A stretch of 64,000 nucleotides of DNA from Candidatus Burarchaeum australiense (GTDB taxonomy: Archaea; Micrarchaeota; Micrarchaeia; Burarchaeales; Burarchaeaceae), in NCBI GenBank assembly GCA_902386535.1, contig CABMJK010000039.1, forward strand, positions 678-64,677, written 5' to 3'. The notes under the pieces are model-generated. The model was given only the letters and a program-made list of their open reading frames with translations. It was not told the DNA's origin and did no database searches. How positions within the stretch are numbered: the first letter of the stretch is position 1; each line of letters begins with the position of its first letter. Below are positions 51,695 through 60,667 of this stretch, piece after piece. A program made the translations under genes and the position numbers.

Positions 51695-52945
51695 CTACTT
51701 CTCACCCAATAATTCTTTCGCCCTCGTGACGCTCACGTTCTTCTCCTTCGCCATGCGCGCGGCAAGCTCGTCAATCTGCGCGCCCTTGGCGCCCGCCATC
51801 ACCGCGATGTTGCGCGCGTGCAGACCCATGTGGCCGCGCTGGATGCCCTCGCCCGCAAGCGCGCGCAGGGCGGCGAAGTTCTGCGCCAAGCCGACGGCTG
51901 CCACGATGCCGCACAGCTCGCGGGCGCTTTTCACGCCGAGAATCTTGACGCACGCCTTTGCCACGGGATGGGTTTTCGTCGCGCCTCCGACCAGCCCGAG
52001 CGCAAGGGGCAACTCAATCTCGCCCACCAAATCGCCGGCCGCGTTTTTGCTGTAGCGCGTGAGAGGTTTGTAAGTGCCGCTGAAGGCAGCATAGGAATGC
52101 GCGCCAGCCTCGACCGCGCGCCAGTCATTCCCGGTCGCAACCACGACCGCGTCTATGCCATTCATGATGCCCTTGTTGTGCGTGGCCGCGCGGTAGGGGT
52201 CGCAGTCCGCGAGCGCCCAGGCATCGAGTATGCACTCTATCAGCTCCTCGCCCAGAACTGCCTTCGGAAATATTGCTTTCGCGCGCGCGAGCCGCTTCAC
52301 CGCGAGGTTTGTCAGGATGCGGAGCCTCACGCTTCCGCTCGTGAGCTTCTCGAACTCGGGCGCCAGGCGCTCGCACATGGTGTTCACGGCGTTCGCACCC
52401 ATGGCATCCCCGCAGTTAACGTGCAGGTGCACGACCAGCATCTTGCCGCGCACGGACTTGAGCTCGCGCACCTCTATTTCCTTGCACCCGCCACCCACCT
52501 TGATGAGCATCGAATCATATGAGTTCGCCTGCTCGATGAGCGCCTTCTTCGCCGCAGCTATCGCCGCCTTGGCCTTCGCGAAATCCTTAACGCCCACCAG
52601 CTGGATCTGGCCTATCATCATGGGATCGTCGGCGCTGGCCTCGAACCCGCCCGCCTCGCGCGCCACCTTCGCGCCGTTGGAGGCCGCGGCCACGACGCTC
52701 GGCTCCTCGATGGCCATCGGCATGAGCACGTCACGGCCGTTGATTTTGAAGTTGGTCGCGATGCCGAGCGGCAGCGGGAAAGTGCCGATTACATTCTCAA
52801 TCATCCTCTCGGCGATGGGCTCGTCAAGGGCGCCAAACTTCTCGAGAAGCGAGACCTCCTCCGCGGCCAGCCCCGCGAACTCGGCTATCTTCTTGCGCCG
52901 CTCGGCCAGGGGGAGCTTGTAGAAGCCCGTAAGCGATGAATCCAT
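51695..52945 (-). CDS. hmgA: Hydroxymethylglutaryl-CoA reductase (archaeal, about 416 aa)
   Basis: EEPSVVAA, DAMGANAVNTMCE, GGATK and ALAGEGIQRGHM motifs. Confidence 0.9.
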   Translation of the reverse strand: MDSSLTGFYKLPLAERRKKIAEFAGLAAEEVSLLEKFGALDEPIAERMIENVIGTFPLPLGIATNFKINGRDVLMPMAIEEPSVVAAASNGAKVAREAGGFEASADDPMMIGQIQLVGVKDFAKAKAAIAAAKKALIEQANSYDSMLIKVGGGCKEIEVRELKSVRGKMLVVHLHVNCGDAMGANAVNTMCERLAPEFEKLTSGSVRLRILTNLAVKRLARAKAIFPKAVLGEELIECILDAWALADCDPYRAATHNKGIMNGIDAVVVATGNDWRAVEAGAHSYAAFSGTYKPLTRYSKNAAGDLVGEIELPLALGLVGGATKTHPVAKACVKILGVKSARELCGIVAAVGLAQNFAALRALAGEGIQRGHMGLHARNIAVMAGAKGAQIDELAARMAKEKNVSVTRAKELLGEK

Positions 52946-52989
52946 GAGCCCCTCTTTCTCGCTACCTTTTTATATTCCTTCATCACCAT

Positions 52990-54198
52990 ATGCGGCACAT
53001 GACGAATGCAGCTCTTCTGGAAAGGCCGGACAACGCGCGAAGCGTATTCAGCCTCACGGGTTCGGGCGCCCCGCCGCAGTTGGCAGAAGGCCAGATTTGG
53101 ATTCTCCTGCGCATCTACGGCGAGAACGGCATCACCCATCAGTTCGCGATTCAGGACGGCAGCCAGTTTCTTGACATGGACAAGAACCCGCTTTCGCTCG
53201 CGCCAGGCACCTATGCGAAATGCTACAATTGGTCTGACCTCTACTCGGTCGACCAGTCGGTGGACGCCTACAACCCCCGCCTGTCATGGATAGACGACGA
53301 TGCGCCGGGCGCCAAGGTGCGGGCAGACTATGTCACGCTCAAGTGGACAAAGGAACTGCTGCCTGACGACAGGCTGGTGCTTTTCCGCCACTGGGAGAAT
53401 GACAGGATCGTGGATTCGGGAGTTGCAAAACAGCGCGGAAATAAGCTTTACCGGGCGGACGGGACCCAAATCACGGAGGCGGTTTCCACAATCGAGATCG
53501 GAAGCTGGTTCAATCAGAAAATAATGGAAGGCACGCTTGACATCAGGGACTCGAGCCTCAACAATATGGGATGGACCAGGCCCATAATGGACGAACTGTG
53601 GGAAGCGCCCCAGACAACGACAGCGCCTGAAACTCCGCACCAGATGCCGCCCCGGCAAAGGCCCGCGGAAAGCCCCCGTGAGACTTCGCAAGCACCAAGC
53701 ACCGATCAGGGGAGCAGGGGCCGGACCGTGAACATAACATTCTACTACATACCGCATGAGAGCGACAGCAGGTTCGCGAGCGGAGCAGTGGACATACTGG
53801 AAGAAGGAAGGCGCAACGGCGCCTACATGGACAGAAATGGGACTTACTGGCGCTATACGGGACCCGAGCCGCATGATTTCTCGCGCGCCAATGCACCCAT
53901 AACGCAGTGGACCGAGGACCGGCCGCGGGCAAACCACACGCTCGCGGTGCCGCATGAATGGCAGGAAAAATGGATCGTCCTGGTGCGGGACGGGCGGGTG
54001 CTGGCGAGCGGCCATGGCGAGGACAGCGGAGGAGCGTTCACTTCAGGCAGCGGAAAGATAGACGTTTACACTGGCGAAGGGCAGGCAGCCTATGAGGCAG
54101 GCTATGACAAGCATTTCAATACGGGAACCGCAACCGCCTATTTCTTCGACAGCCAAGCAGACATGAACTCATTCATAAGCAGAAAGGGCTGGCAATAA
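52990..54198 (+). CDS. Hypothetical protein with C-terminal 3D-domain-like (MltA/DPBB-type) region
   Basis: TLAVPHEWQEKWIVLVRDGRVLASGHGEDSGGAFTSGSGKIDVYTGEG follows the 3D-domain pattern (tiAvd..., DtGgaI.g..iDvy). The N-terminal 300 aa are unassigned. No signal peptide seen. Confidence 0.5.
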   Translation: MRHMTNAALLERPDNARSVFSLTGSGAPPQLAEGQIWILLRIYGENGITHQFAIQDGSQFLDMDKNPLSLAPGTYAKCYNWSDLYSVDQSVDAYNPRLSWIDDDAPGAKVRADYVTLKWTKELLPDDRLVLFRHWENDRIVDSGVAKQRGNKLYRADGTQITEAVSTIEIGSWFNQKIMEGTLDIRDSSLNNMGWTRPIMDELWEAPQTTTAPETPHQMPPRQRPAESPRETSQAPSTDQGSRGRTVNITFYYIPHESDSRFASGAVDILEEGRRNGAYMDRNGTYWRYTGPEPHDFSRANAPITQWTEDRPRANHTLAVPHEWQEKWIVLVRDGRVLASGHGEDSGGAFTSGSGKIDVYTGEGQAAYEAGYDKHFNTGTATAYFFDSQADMNSFISRKGWQ

Positions 54199-54210
54199 TT
54201 CACTGGAAGT

Positions 54211-55629
54211 CTAGCCAGCCCGCGGCTCGCCCATCACATTGCCCACGACCCAGTTGGCATCGAACTCCCGCAAATCGCTTTCCCTTTGCCCGATGCCCAA
54301 GTATAGGATGGGCTTTCCGGTGGCCTTGTAAATAGAAATCGCAGTGCCGCCCTTTGCATCCACGTCCGCCTTGGTGAGCACGACCGCATCCACGCCCACA
54401 TACTTGTCGAACTCGCGCACCTGCTCCACGACCGCGTTTCCCGCAATGGCCTCGCCGACGTAGATTTTGAAGTCCGGCTTAACCACGCGCACAATTTTCG
54501 CCAGCTCCTGCATGAGGTTCTTGCTCGTCTCCTGCCTGCCCGCGCTGTCGATGAGCACCACATCTATTCCCTTGCTCCTCGCGTGCTCGCGCGCATTGAA
54601 GGCGACTGCCGCCGCATCCGAGCCGTAGGCGCCGCCGATGGCCTTCACGCCCAGCCTGTCGGCCCACTGCATGCCCTGCTCCTGCGATGCCGCCCTGAAG
54701 GTGTCGGCCAATGCAATCACGCTCGTCATGCCCTTCTCGCGCATCAGGTTCACGAACTTCGCTATCGTGGTCGTCTTGCCGGCCCCGTTCGGCCCTAGGA
54801 ACAAAATGATGAAAGGCTTCTCGCCCTTGCCGCGCGCCAGGCGCGGGACGTCGGGCTTTTCGCTCTCCATCACCGACAGGAGAGCGGCCTCGATGCTCTT
54901 GCCTATGGCTTCCTTCATGCCATCCTTCCCGATTTTCCTGCCCACGAGCTGCCGCTTTATCTCGTCCTTGAGCGCCTGCGCGACCTCATAGGCCACGTCG
55001 GCCTCGAGCATGTCGAGCTCGAGCTGCTCCAGCAGGTCATCCACGTCCTTTTCCTTGATGGTTATGTTGGAGCTGAAGAGCGAGCGCATCTTGCTTTCGA
55101 TGCTGAGCCGCACGTCGAGCTTCGACTCCTTCTTCGGCTCGGCAAGCCCGGGCTTGCCCAGTGGGGCGGCCTGTGCGGGCGCCGACCTCGCTAGCGCCGC
55201 AGGTGCCGGCCTCGCAGGCGCCAACCTGGCAGGGGCAGTGGGCGCCGCAGAAACATTTTCCCGGGTCTGTTCGGGCTCCGGAGCCCGCGGCTTCGGAAGC
55301 ACAACGGTCTCGGACTTTTTTGTTTCGGCTTTTGGAACGTGCTTCGGAATCTGTGCGACAGGCTTTGACGCAACCTGCTTTGGCTCGGCTTTTCTCGGCT
55401 CAACAGGTTTCGGCAAAGGCTTTTCGACTTTCTTCGGCTCGGGGGCAGGAACTTCCTCAGCCTCCTTCATCAATTCCTGCTTCGGCTCTTCAATTGGCTC
55501 CGCCTTCAGGGCTTCCTTCGGCTCCTCGAGCTTTCCCTCAGCTTCGGGCTTGCCCTCGAGCTTCGCCTCCTCCCGGCCGGTAAGCTTGTCGACAAACGAC
55601 TTCAGCTTGTTCTTGAGGATTCCGAACAT
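54211..55629 (-). CDS. ftsY: Signal recognition particle receptor FtsY with long acidic/Lys-Pro-rich N-terminal region
   Basis: The NG domain has GPNGAGKTTT, DTFRAA and LTKADV motifs. Confidence 0.95.
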   Translation of the reverse strand: MFGILKNKLKSFVDKLTGREEAKLEGKPEAEGKLEEPKEALKAEPIEEPKQELMKEAEEVPAPEPKKVEKPLPKPVEPRKAEPKQVASKPVAQIPKHVPKAETKKSETVVLPKPRAPEPEQTRENVSAAPTAPARLAPARPAPAALARSAPAQAAPLGKPGLAEPKKESKLDVRLSIESKMRSLFSSNITIKEKDVDDLLEQLELDMLEADVAYEVAQALKDEIKRQLVGRKIGKDGMKEAIGKSIEAALLSVMESEKPDVPRLARGKGEKPFIILFLGPNGAGKTTTIAKFVNLMREKGMTSVIALADTFRAASQEQGMQWADRLGVKAIGGAYGSDAAAVAFNAREHARSKGIDVVLIDSAGRQETSKNLMQELAKIVRVVKPDFKIYVGEAIAGNAVVEQVREFDKYVGVDAVVLTKADVDAKGGTAISIYKATGKPILYLGIGQRESDLREFDANWVVGNVMGEPRAG

Positions 55630-55704
55630 CGGAACTCACCGGTAAAGTAGAAATGCGCACAAGCGCCTGAGATTGCGGCTCGCCGTCGCCTCCCCACTAC
55701 CCAC

Positions 55705-56172
55705 TCAGTCGCCTTCTTGCGCCACCTTGCCCTTGTCGATTATGGTCTTGGCGCGCGAGTCTATTTCCGACAGGTGCTCGGCTATCTGCGCTATCGCCGT
55801 CTGCGTCCTGTCGCCCGCCTCTTCGGTGCGCTTCAGCCTGTCCTGCAGGATTTCAACGCCCTCCTTGAGGTCCTTCTCGGCCATGAAACCCGCACCTATG
55901 TCAATCATAACCTTGCCCTCGTTTATGAGCTTGGCCTTCATCATGGCGCCGGCGCCTATGGGCACCATCACGCCCTGGGATGCCTTCTCCAGGCTGCCGA
56001 GAGTTTCAATCGCACTGCGCAGGTCGGCCACGGCCGCCTGGAGCGCCGCAAGCTGCTGCTGCAGGGCGCGCGACTGGTCGTTGTAGCCCTGCGCTTCGTA
56101 GGCCAGCCTGGCTAGCTCTTCCTGATATGCCTGCGCCAATGCGCCCTCCTGCTTAGCGGCCATGAACATCAC
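55705..56172 (-). CDS. pfdA: Prefoldin alpha subunit
   Basis: A coiled coil, beta hairpins (VMVPIGAGAMMKAKL...VMIDIGAGFMAEK) and a second coiled coil. Position upstream of ftsY fits. Confidence 0.85.
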   Translation of the reverse strand: MMFMAAKQEGALAQAYQEELARLAYEAQGYNDQSRALQQQLAALQAAVADLRSAIETLGSLEKASQGVMVPIGAGAMMKAKLINEGKVMIDIGAGFMAEKDLKEGVEILQDRLKRTEEAGDRTQTAIAQIAEHLSEIDSRAKTIIDKGKVAQEGD

Positions 56173-56209
56173 CTGAACTGTTTTTGGGGTGGATGTTTTT
56201 TATATCTAC

Positions 56210-56398
56210 TCATGCCTTTGCGATCGACTCGATCACGAGCGCCCGGCGGTTGAGCCCGCTCTTGCTGCCGAAGAAGGAGTAGGCCAGCTCGCGCGCCCTG
56301 GACTCGCTCGGCGCATCGAACTCGCGCGCAAAAGGTCTCATTTCCAATCGCGCGCCCTTGCCCAGCCTCATGACACCCTTTACCGTGAATTTTGCCAT
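56210..56398 (-). CDS. rplX: 50S ribosomal protein LX (L18Ae/L20A family)
   Basis: MAKFTVKGVMRLGKG...FAREFDAPSESRARELAYSFFGSK. Size and position in the superoperon fit. Confidence 0.8.
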   Translation of the reverse strand: MAKFTVKGVMRLGKGARLEMRPFAREFDAPSESRARELAYSFFGSKSGLNRRALVIESIAKA

Positions 56399-56439
56399 TC
56401 ACATCACCCGCCAAAATCATCATTTCTTTTCTCTCTGAA

Positions 56440-56769
56440 CTACTGCACCTGCGTGCCATCCGAAATCTCGCGGTCAGGCACGACGAGCGCCAGCCGGCCG
56501 TCCTTGTCCATGCCAGCCAGCATCATACCCTGCGACTCGATTCCCTTCACATTACGGGGCTGAAGATTATAAACCATGATTATGCGCTTTCCCGGCAGGG
56601 ACTCGGGCGCGTACTGGTCGCCTATGCCCGCGACTATCTGCCGCTTCTCCTCGCCCAGCCTGAGCGAGAGCTTGAGCAGCTTCGCCGTGCCCTCCACGCG
56701 CTCCGCGGCCTCGACCAGCGCGATTCGCAGGTCCAGCTTCTTGAAATCGTCAAAGGACGCGTATTCCAT
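56440..56769 (-). CDS. tRNA-binding domain protein (CsaA/Trbp111-like OB fold)
   Basis: DFKKLDLRIALVEAAERVEGTAKLLKLSLRLGEEKRQIVAGI...YNLQPRNVKGIESQGMMLA. Confidence 0.8.
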   Translation of the reverse strand: MEYASFDDFKKLDLRIALVEAAERVEGTAKLLKLSLRLGEEKRQIVAGIGDQYAPESLPGKRIIMVYNLQPRNVKGIESQGMMLAGMDKDGRLALVVPDREISDGTQVQ

Positions 56770-56796
56770 GCTCCCACTCCAAAAACAGGTCTTCTT

Positions 56797-57474
56797 TCAG
56801 CCTATGAAATCCAGGGCCTCTTCAAGCCTGCCCATCTCGAACCCGGTCGTGCTCTCGCCCACCACATAGCCCTTGCTGTTGACCAGCGCGCAGAGCCGCA
56901 CGAAAGGCATGCCGACGTTCAGCGAGCCTATCGCGCCCTTGACCTTCAGCGCGCCTTCGAGCATCTCGAGCTCGGCCGCGCTCGTCTTCGTGTGGGCCAG
57001 GAAACCCTTGTTGGTGGCCATGCACGCGGCGCCCACGGTCGGATAGCCGGCGATGCGCGTCGACACCAGCTCGATGCCGAGGCACTCGCCAATCTTCTTC
57101 AGCTCGGCCGCGGGAACCTCGGGGTTCGCCACCCCGCCCTTGTCGTTTATGACCAGGTTGTTGCCGCACGCGCTCAGCCTGCCCTTCAGCACGTGCACGT
57201 TCAGCCCGAGTTTCTTGAACGCGGCCTTCTCCGAGGTTGAAGCCTGCTCGGGCACTATTATGCCGTTCGAGTTCATGGCGCAGAAGATGCCCAGCAGGCC
57301 CGATCCGTCGACGGTCATGCGGTGGACCTCGACGTCCAGCGCCTCGCGGCAGGCATTCTCGAGCTTGGACGAGCAGGGTGTTCCCAGAAGCAGCTTGTGC
57401 TCTCCGCACACGCCGTAGATGCCTATGAACTGATTACCGTAATCACTCGTCTTAGCGCGGCCCACAAAAATCAC
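56797..57474 (-). CDS. eif6: Translation initiation factor 6
   Basis: Pentein-like repeats (GNNLVINDKGGVANPE, ..GYPTVGAACMATNKGFLAH). Position between L31e and LX fits. Confidence 0.85.
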   Translation of the reverse strand: MIFVGRAKTSDYGNQFIGIYGVCGEHKLLLGTPCSSKLENACREALDVEVHRMTVDGSGLLGIFCAMNSNGIIVPEQASTSEKAAFKKLGLNVHVLKGRLSACGNNLVINDKGGVANPEVPAAELKKIGECLGIELVSTRIAGYPTVGAACMATNKGFLAHTKTSAAELEMLEGALKVKGAIGSLNVGMPFVRLCALVNSKGYVVGESTTGFEMGRLEEALDFIG

Positions 57475-57564
57475 TATAAAGTTTATTAGTCTCGGCCTTC
57501 GCGCTCGCGCCCGGGACCGCCCGCTTCTTCGAACCGGCCCGCAAGCGCTACAGGCGCAATCCGC

Positions 57565-57987
57565 TCACTTCTTCATTTCGGCCTTGACGGCTTCCTTTGC
57601 GGCCTTCTGCTCGGCGTCGCTGAGCACTTTCTTGGAAACCGGGGCCTCGGCCTTGGGCTCCTCCTTCTTCTCCGCCGCCTTCGCAGGCGCAGCGGCCTTG
57701 CCCTTGGCTCCGAGCTTCGCATCGTCCGGCCTTGAGCCGAATAGATTTAGCCTGACAACGCCGTCCTCGTCCTTGATGGCGGTGACCTTCACGCTCCGGG
57801 GCGGGCTCATGCAGGCCTGCGAGGAAATGAACTCGTTCAGGCTGGTGCCTATGCGCACGTCGTTGCTTTTCATGTGCCTTTTCCCAAAAGCCTTTATCTC
57901 ACGTATTGCGTATTTCGAGCGCCTCACGTGGGGCATGGAAAATATGCAGCCCAGCGGAATCGTATAAACCCGTTCAATGTTTGCCAT
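57565..57987 (-). CDS. rpl31e: 50S ribosomal protein L31e with an about 55-aa Lys/Ala-rich C-terminal extension
   Basis: ERVYTIPL....P...R...AIREIKAFGKRHMKSNDVRIGTSLNEFI. Confidence 0.9.
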   Translation of the reverse strand: MANIERVYTIPLGCIFSMPHVRRSKYAIREIKAFGKRHMKSNDVRIGTSLNEFISSQACMSPPRSVKVTAIKDEDGVVRLNLFGSRPDDAKLGAKGKAAAPAKAAEKKEEPKAEAPVSKKVLSDAEQKAAKEAVKAEMKK

Positions 57988-58007
57988 TCAATTCACCTTT
58001 CGTCAAC

Positions 58008-58235
58008 CTACTTGCTCCTAGTATTCGCCCTGCCCTTCAAAGCCACGTCGTAGCGCTCATGCATGTTGAAATTCCTTTCCTTGAGCTTGAGCTTCCTCGT
58101 CCTCCAGTGCCTGCGCTTCAGGTTCTGCGTCACGCGCCGGGCGGTCTTCGCCATCACGAACAGCGGCACGCGCCTGTTGGATTTTGCGGCCTTGCCGAGC
58201 CGCGATTTCATCAACGAACTCTTGTTCCTGCTCAT
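58008..58235 (-). CDS. rpl39e: 50S ribosomal protein L39e (75 aa, about 24-aa C-terminal extension)
   Basis: MSRNKSSLMKSRLGKAAKSNRRVPLFVMAKTARRVTQNLKRRHWRTRKLKL. The start is set to ATG 58235. Confidence 0.85.
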   Translation of the reverse strand: MSRNKSSLMKSRLGKAAKSNRRVPLFVMAKTARRVTQNLKRRHWRTRKLKLKERNFNMHERYDVALKGRANTRSK

Positions 58236-58318
58236 AATTTCACATCCGATTTTTCCATCCGCCAAACGAACATTACTTCCGCCGTATTTCCAGCGCCCTC
58301 ATCGGCCGCGCGACCCGC

Positions 58319-58645
58319 CTATTTCCGCCGTATTTCCAGGCTTCCACCCTTCTTCTCGGTCAGCTTCTCGAGCAGCCCGACGAGCTGCTCATCCGAGACC
58401 TTCGCGCCGAGCTGCTTGTTACTGTAGAGCGTGACAATCACGCGCGCGACCTGCATATAGAGGTCGGACGCGGAGAGGCGCACGTTCATCAGCCGCTCGT
58501 ACGCGGCCGGCTCCATCGCGGCCCGCAGGACCGAACGCAGCTGGGATTCGGCCTCCTGCATCTTCTGCATCTCGGCCAGCTTCTTCCTTATCAGCTTCTC
58601 GCGCCGGGCGCCGGATTCGTCTTCGCCTTCTTCCACCAAATTCAC
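58319..58645 (-). CDS. PDCD5/TFAR19-like dsDNA-binding protein
   Basis: ...RKKLAEMQKMQEAESQLRSVLRAAMEPAAYERLMNVRL......VTLYSNKQLGAKVSDEQLVGLL. Conserved position next to S19e. Confidence 0.8.
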   Translation of the reverse strand: MNLVEEGEDESGARREKLIRKKLAEMQKMQEAESQLRSVLRAAMEPAAYERLMNVRLSASDLYMQVARVIVTLYSNKQLGAKVSDEQLVGLLEKLTEKKGGSLEIRRK

Positions 58646-58653
58646 CCTACGCA

Positions 58654-58670
58654 GGGAACCGTAGGTTCCC
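58654..58670. repeat. Hairpin GGGAACC-GTA-GGTTCCC between the S19e stop and the PDCD5-like start
   Basis: A perfect 7-bp inverted repeat. Flanks CGCA...T are shared with the copy at 12026, and the neighbouring motif TAACCCTCCCTTC (58677-58689) is also present at 12108-12120. Confidence 0.7.
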
Positions 58671-58689
58671 TCACGTTAACCCTCCCTTC

Positions 58690-59115
58690 CTAAACTGCTC
58701 CGCCCTTCACATCCTTTGCAACGGAATCCATGAATGCCCGGCCCTTCGCCGTGAGCACGCGGCCCTCCTTCTTGACCTTGGTGACCAGGCCCGCCTTCTC
58801 GAGCTGCTGCAGGCCCTTCCTTATTATCGAGCCGCCGGCCTTTGAGAAGTGCCTCCTGCTGACGCCCGTCCTCTTCTTCGAGCCGTAGGCAGTCCTGAGC
58901 CTGCTCACGCCCTTGTTGCCGTCAACGTAAAGCTTGCGCAGCATCGAGGCGCACCTGAGCTGCCAGAAGTTCTTCTGCGCCGGCGCTCTCTGCCTGCCGG
59001 CGCCGCTCTTCACAAAAGTCATCCACGCGGGCGCCTTGATGGCCTCGAAATCCTTCAGCTTCTCGGCTGCCCGCTCGACGACCTTCCGCGCTTCCACATC
59101 GTACACTGTGACCAT
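58690..59115 (-). CDS. rps19e: 30S ribosomal protein S19e
   Basis: MVTVYDVEARKVVERAAEKLK....APAWMTFVKSGAGRQRAP...NFWQLRCASMLRKLY. Confidence 0.9.
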   Translation of the reverse strand: MVTVYDVEARKVVERAAEKLKDFEAIKAPAWMTFVKSGAGRQRAPAQKNFWQLRCASMLRKLYVDGNKGVSRLRTAYGSKKRTGVSRRHFSKAGGSIIRKGLQQLEKAGLVTKVKKEGRVLTAKGRAFMDSVAKDVKGGAV

Positions 59116-59119
59116 TTAC

Positions 59120-59437
59120 TCACCTTTTATACCGAAAACGCCTTTCAGCACCGCAACTGCATTTGTAAACCACGCATCGAGAATGCGGATCGAGCCGCAC
59201 CTTGACACTGCGGCCCGGAACCCAAGGCGTGTTGCACTTTTTACAATAGCTTCTTTTTAACCCTTTCGACGGTCTCGCGCGGTATCTTGTGGCGAGCCTT
59301 TTCGCGAGCTGCACGTACCTTCTAGCCCTCTCGGGATTGCCCGCCAACTCGGTCTGCGCCCTCGCCAGCAGGAGCTCGATGCGCTCGAGCGCGATTTGCT
59401 TGATGCCGAGTTGGGGCTGGGTTCGCTGGCTTCGCAT
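59120..59437 (-). CDS. rnp4: RNase P protein component 4 (Rpp21/Rnp4)
   Basis: IALERIELLLARA...ARRYVQLAKRLATRY.....LKRSYCKKCNTPWVPG.....RL......VVYKCSCG is a zinc ribbon. The start is set to ATG 59437. Confidence 0.8.
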   Translation of the reverse strand: MRSQRTQPQLGIKQIALERIELLLARAQTELAGNPERARRYVQLAKRLATRYRARPSKGLKRSYCKKCNTPWVPGRSVKVRLDPHSRCVVYKCSCGAERRFRYKR

Positions 59438-59487
59438 GGAATTATGAGGGAATAAAAGATTATTAATGGCTGATTCGTACAGCAAGC

Positions 59488-60027
59488 ATGCCGAAGAAGG
59501 AAGCTAAGAAAAAGAATGTTGTATCCAGTTTGCTGACGTTCCCGCTTCTTGCGTGGTTTGCCTGGGTTTTCGCGTATTCTGTGATACGCCTGCTCTACGA
59601 TTTGACTGGACCGGCTCAACATCAACTGAATGAGGCTGTCAATCTCTTTGCATTCACTGAAACGCTGGGGATTTTCACATATATCATGTCCGGAGTCTCG
59701 ATTCTGATCATAGCATACATACTGCTTTCAATCGGCTGGAAAGCAAGGGCAAAGTATGGGCTGAGTTGGCAAAAGAGCGCCATCTACGGTGCAATTGCAG
59801 GCGTGGCTGGCTTTGGAATATGGCTGGCTGTAGCCCTTGTGTTCATGATTGCCGAAGCGTCATTGTATCTGCTGTACGGGGCGCCAGGGCGCATGAGTTA
59901 TGTTATTGCATACCTAGGCGCATCAATCCTGCCGGCTGCAATAGGTCTTATTTTCTGGGCACTTACGGGCGCAGCCGGATCTGTCTTGGGCAATGTTCTG
60001 TCTGAGAAGAAAAATGAATGGGCCTGA
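59488..60027 (+). CDS. Hypothetical membrane protein (179 aa, 4-5 TM), lower GC
   Basis: Hydrophobic segments throughout and no motif recognised. Confidence 0.5.
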   Translation: MPKKEAKKKNVVSSLLTFPLLAWFAWVFAYSVIRLLYDLTGPAQHQLNEAVNLFAFTETLGIFTYIMSGVSILIIAYILLSIGWKARAKYGLSWQKSAIYGAIAGVAGFGIWLAVALVFMIAEASLYLLYGAPGRMSYVIAYLGASILPAAIGLIFWALTGAAGSVLGNVLSEKKNEWA

Positions 60028-60088
60028 GTGATTTGTTAAGCAGAGGCGATGAGTAAACTATTTAAACAGTTGAGTATATTATTTACTC

Positions 60089-60667
60089 ATGCTCGAAGAA
60101 CTCGTCACGTCAAAGGTCAAGAGAAAGCTGCTGGTCCTCTTTCTCACCAATCCGGACAGGAAGTTCTACGTGCGGGAGATGGCGCGGAAGACGGGCGAGC
60201 AGACGAACGCAGTAAGGCGCGAGCTGGACAAGCTGGAGCGGCTCGGCCTGGTTGCGAAGGAGAGGACTGCGAACCTACTTTACTACCGCACGGACAGGCG
60301 CTGTCCCATCTACGAGGAGCTCAAGCACATAATAATGAAAACCGAGGGGATCGGAACTGTGCTGAAGCAAGGGCTGGAAGGCGCGGAAAAGGTGCGATTT
60401 GCATTCATCTACGGTTCGTTCGCGAGCGGTGAGGAGCGGGCCGGCAGCGACATTGACGTGATGGTTGTGGGAGGCATCTCGCCGGAGGAGCTGGGGCCGA
60501 AAATAAGGACCGTGGAGAGGCAAATAGGCCGGGAGATAAACCAGGTTGTATTTCCTGAAACCGAGTTCTTAAAAAGGAGGCGTGAGGGGTTTATAGCGAA
60601 TGTAATGAAAGGGAAGAAAATAATGCTGGTGGGCGACGAGGATGAACTTAAGCGATTTACTGGCTGA
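60089..60667 (+). CDS. wHTH plus minimal nucleotidyltransferase (MNT-type antitoxin-like) protein
   Basis: An N-terminal ArsR-like wHTH (FYVREMARKTGEQTNAVRRELDKLERLGLV) followed by the NTase motif YGSFASGEERAGSDIDVMVV. Confidence 0.75.
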   Translation: MLEELVTSKVKRKLLVLFLTNPDRKFYVREMARKTGEQTNAVRRELDKLERLGLVAKERTANLLYYRTDRRCPIYEELKHIIMKTEGIGTVLKQGLEGAEKVRFAFIYGSFASGEERAGSDIDVMVVGGISPEELGPKIRTVERQIGREINQVVFPETEFLKRRREGFIANVMKGKKIMLVGDEDELKRFTG

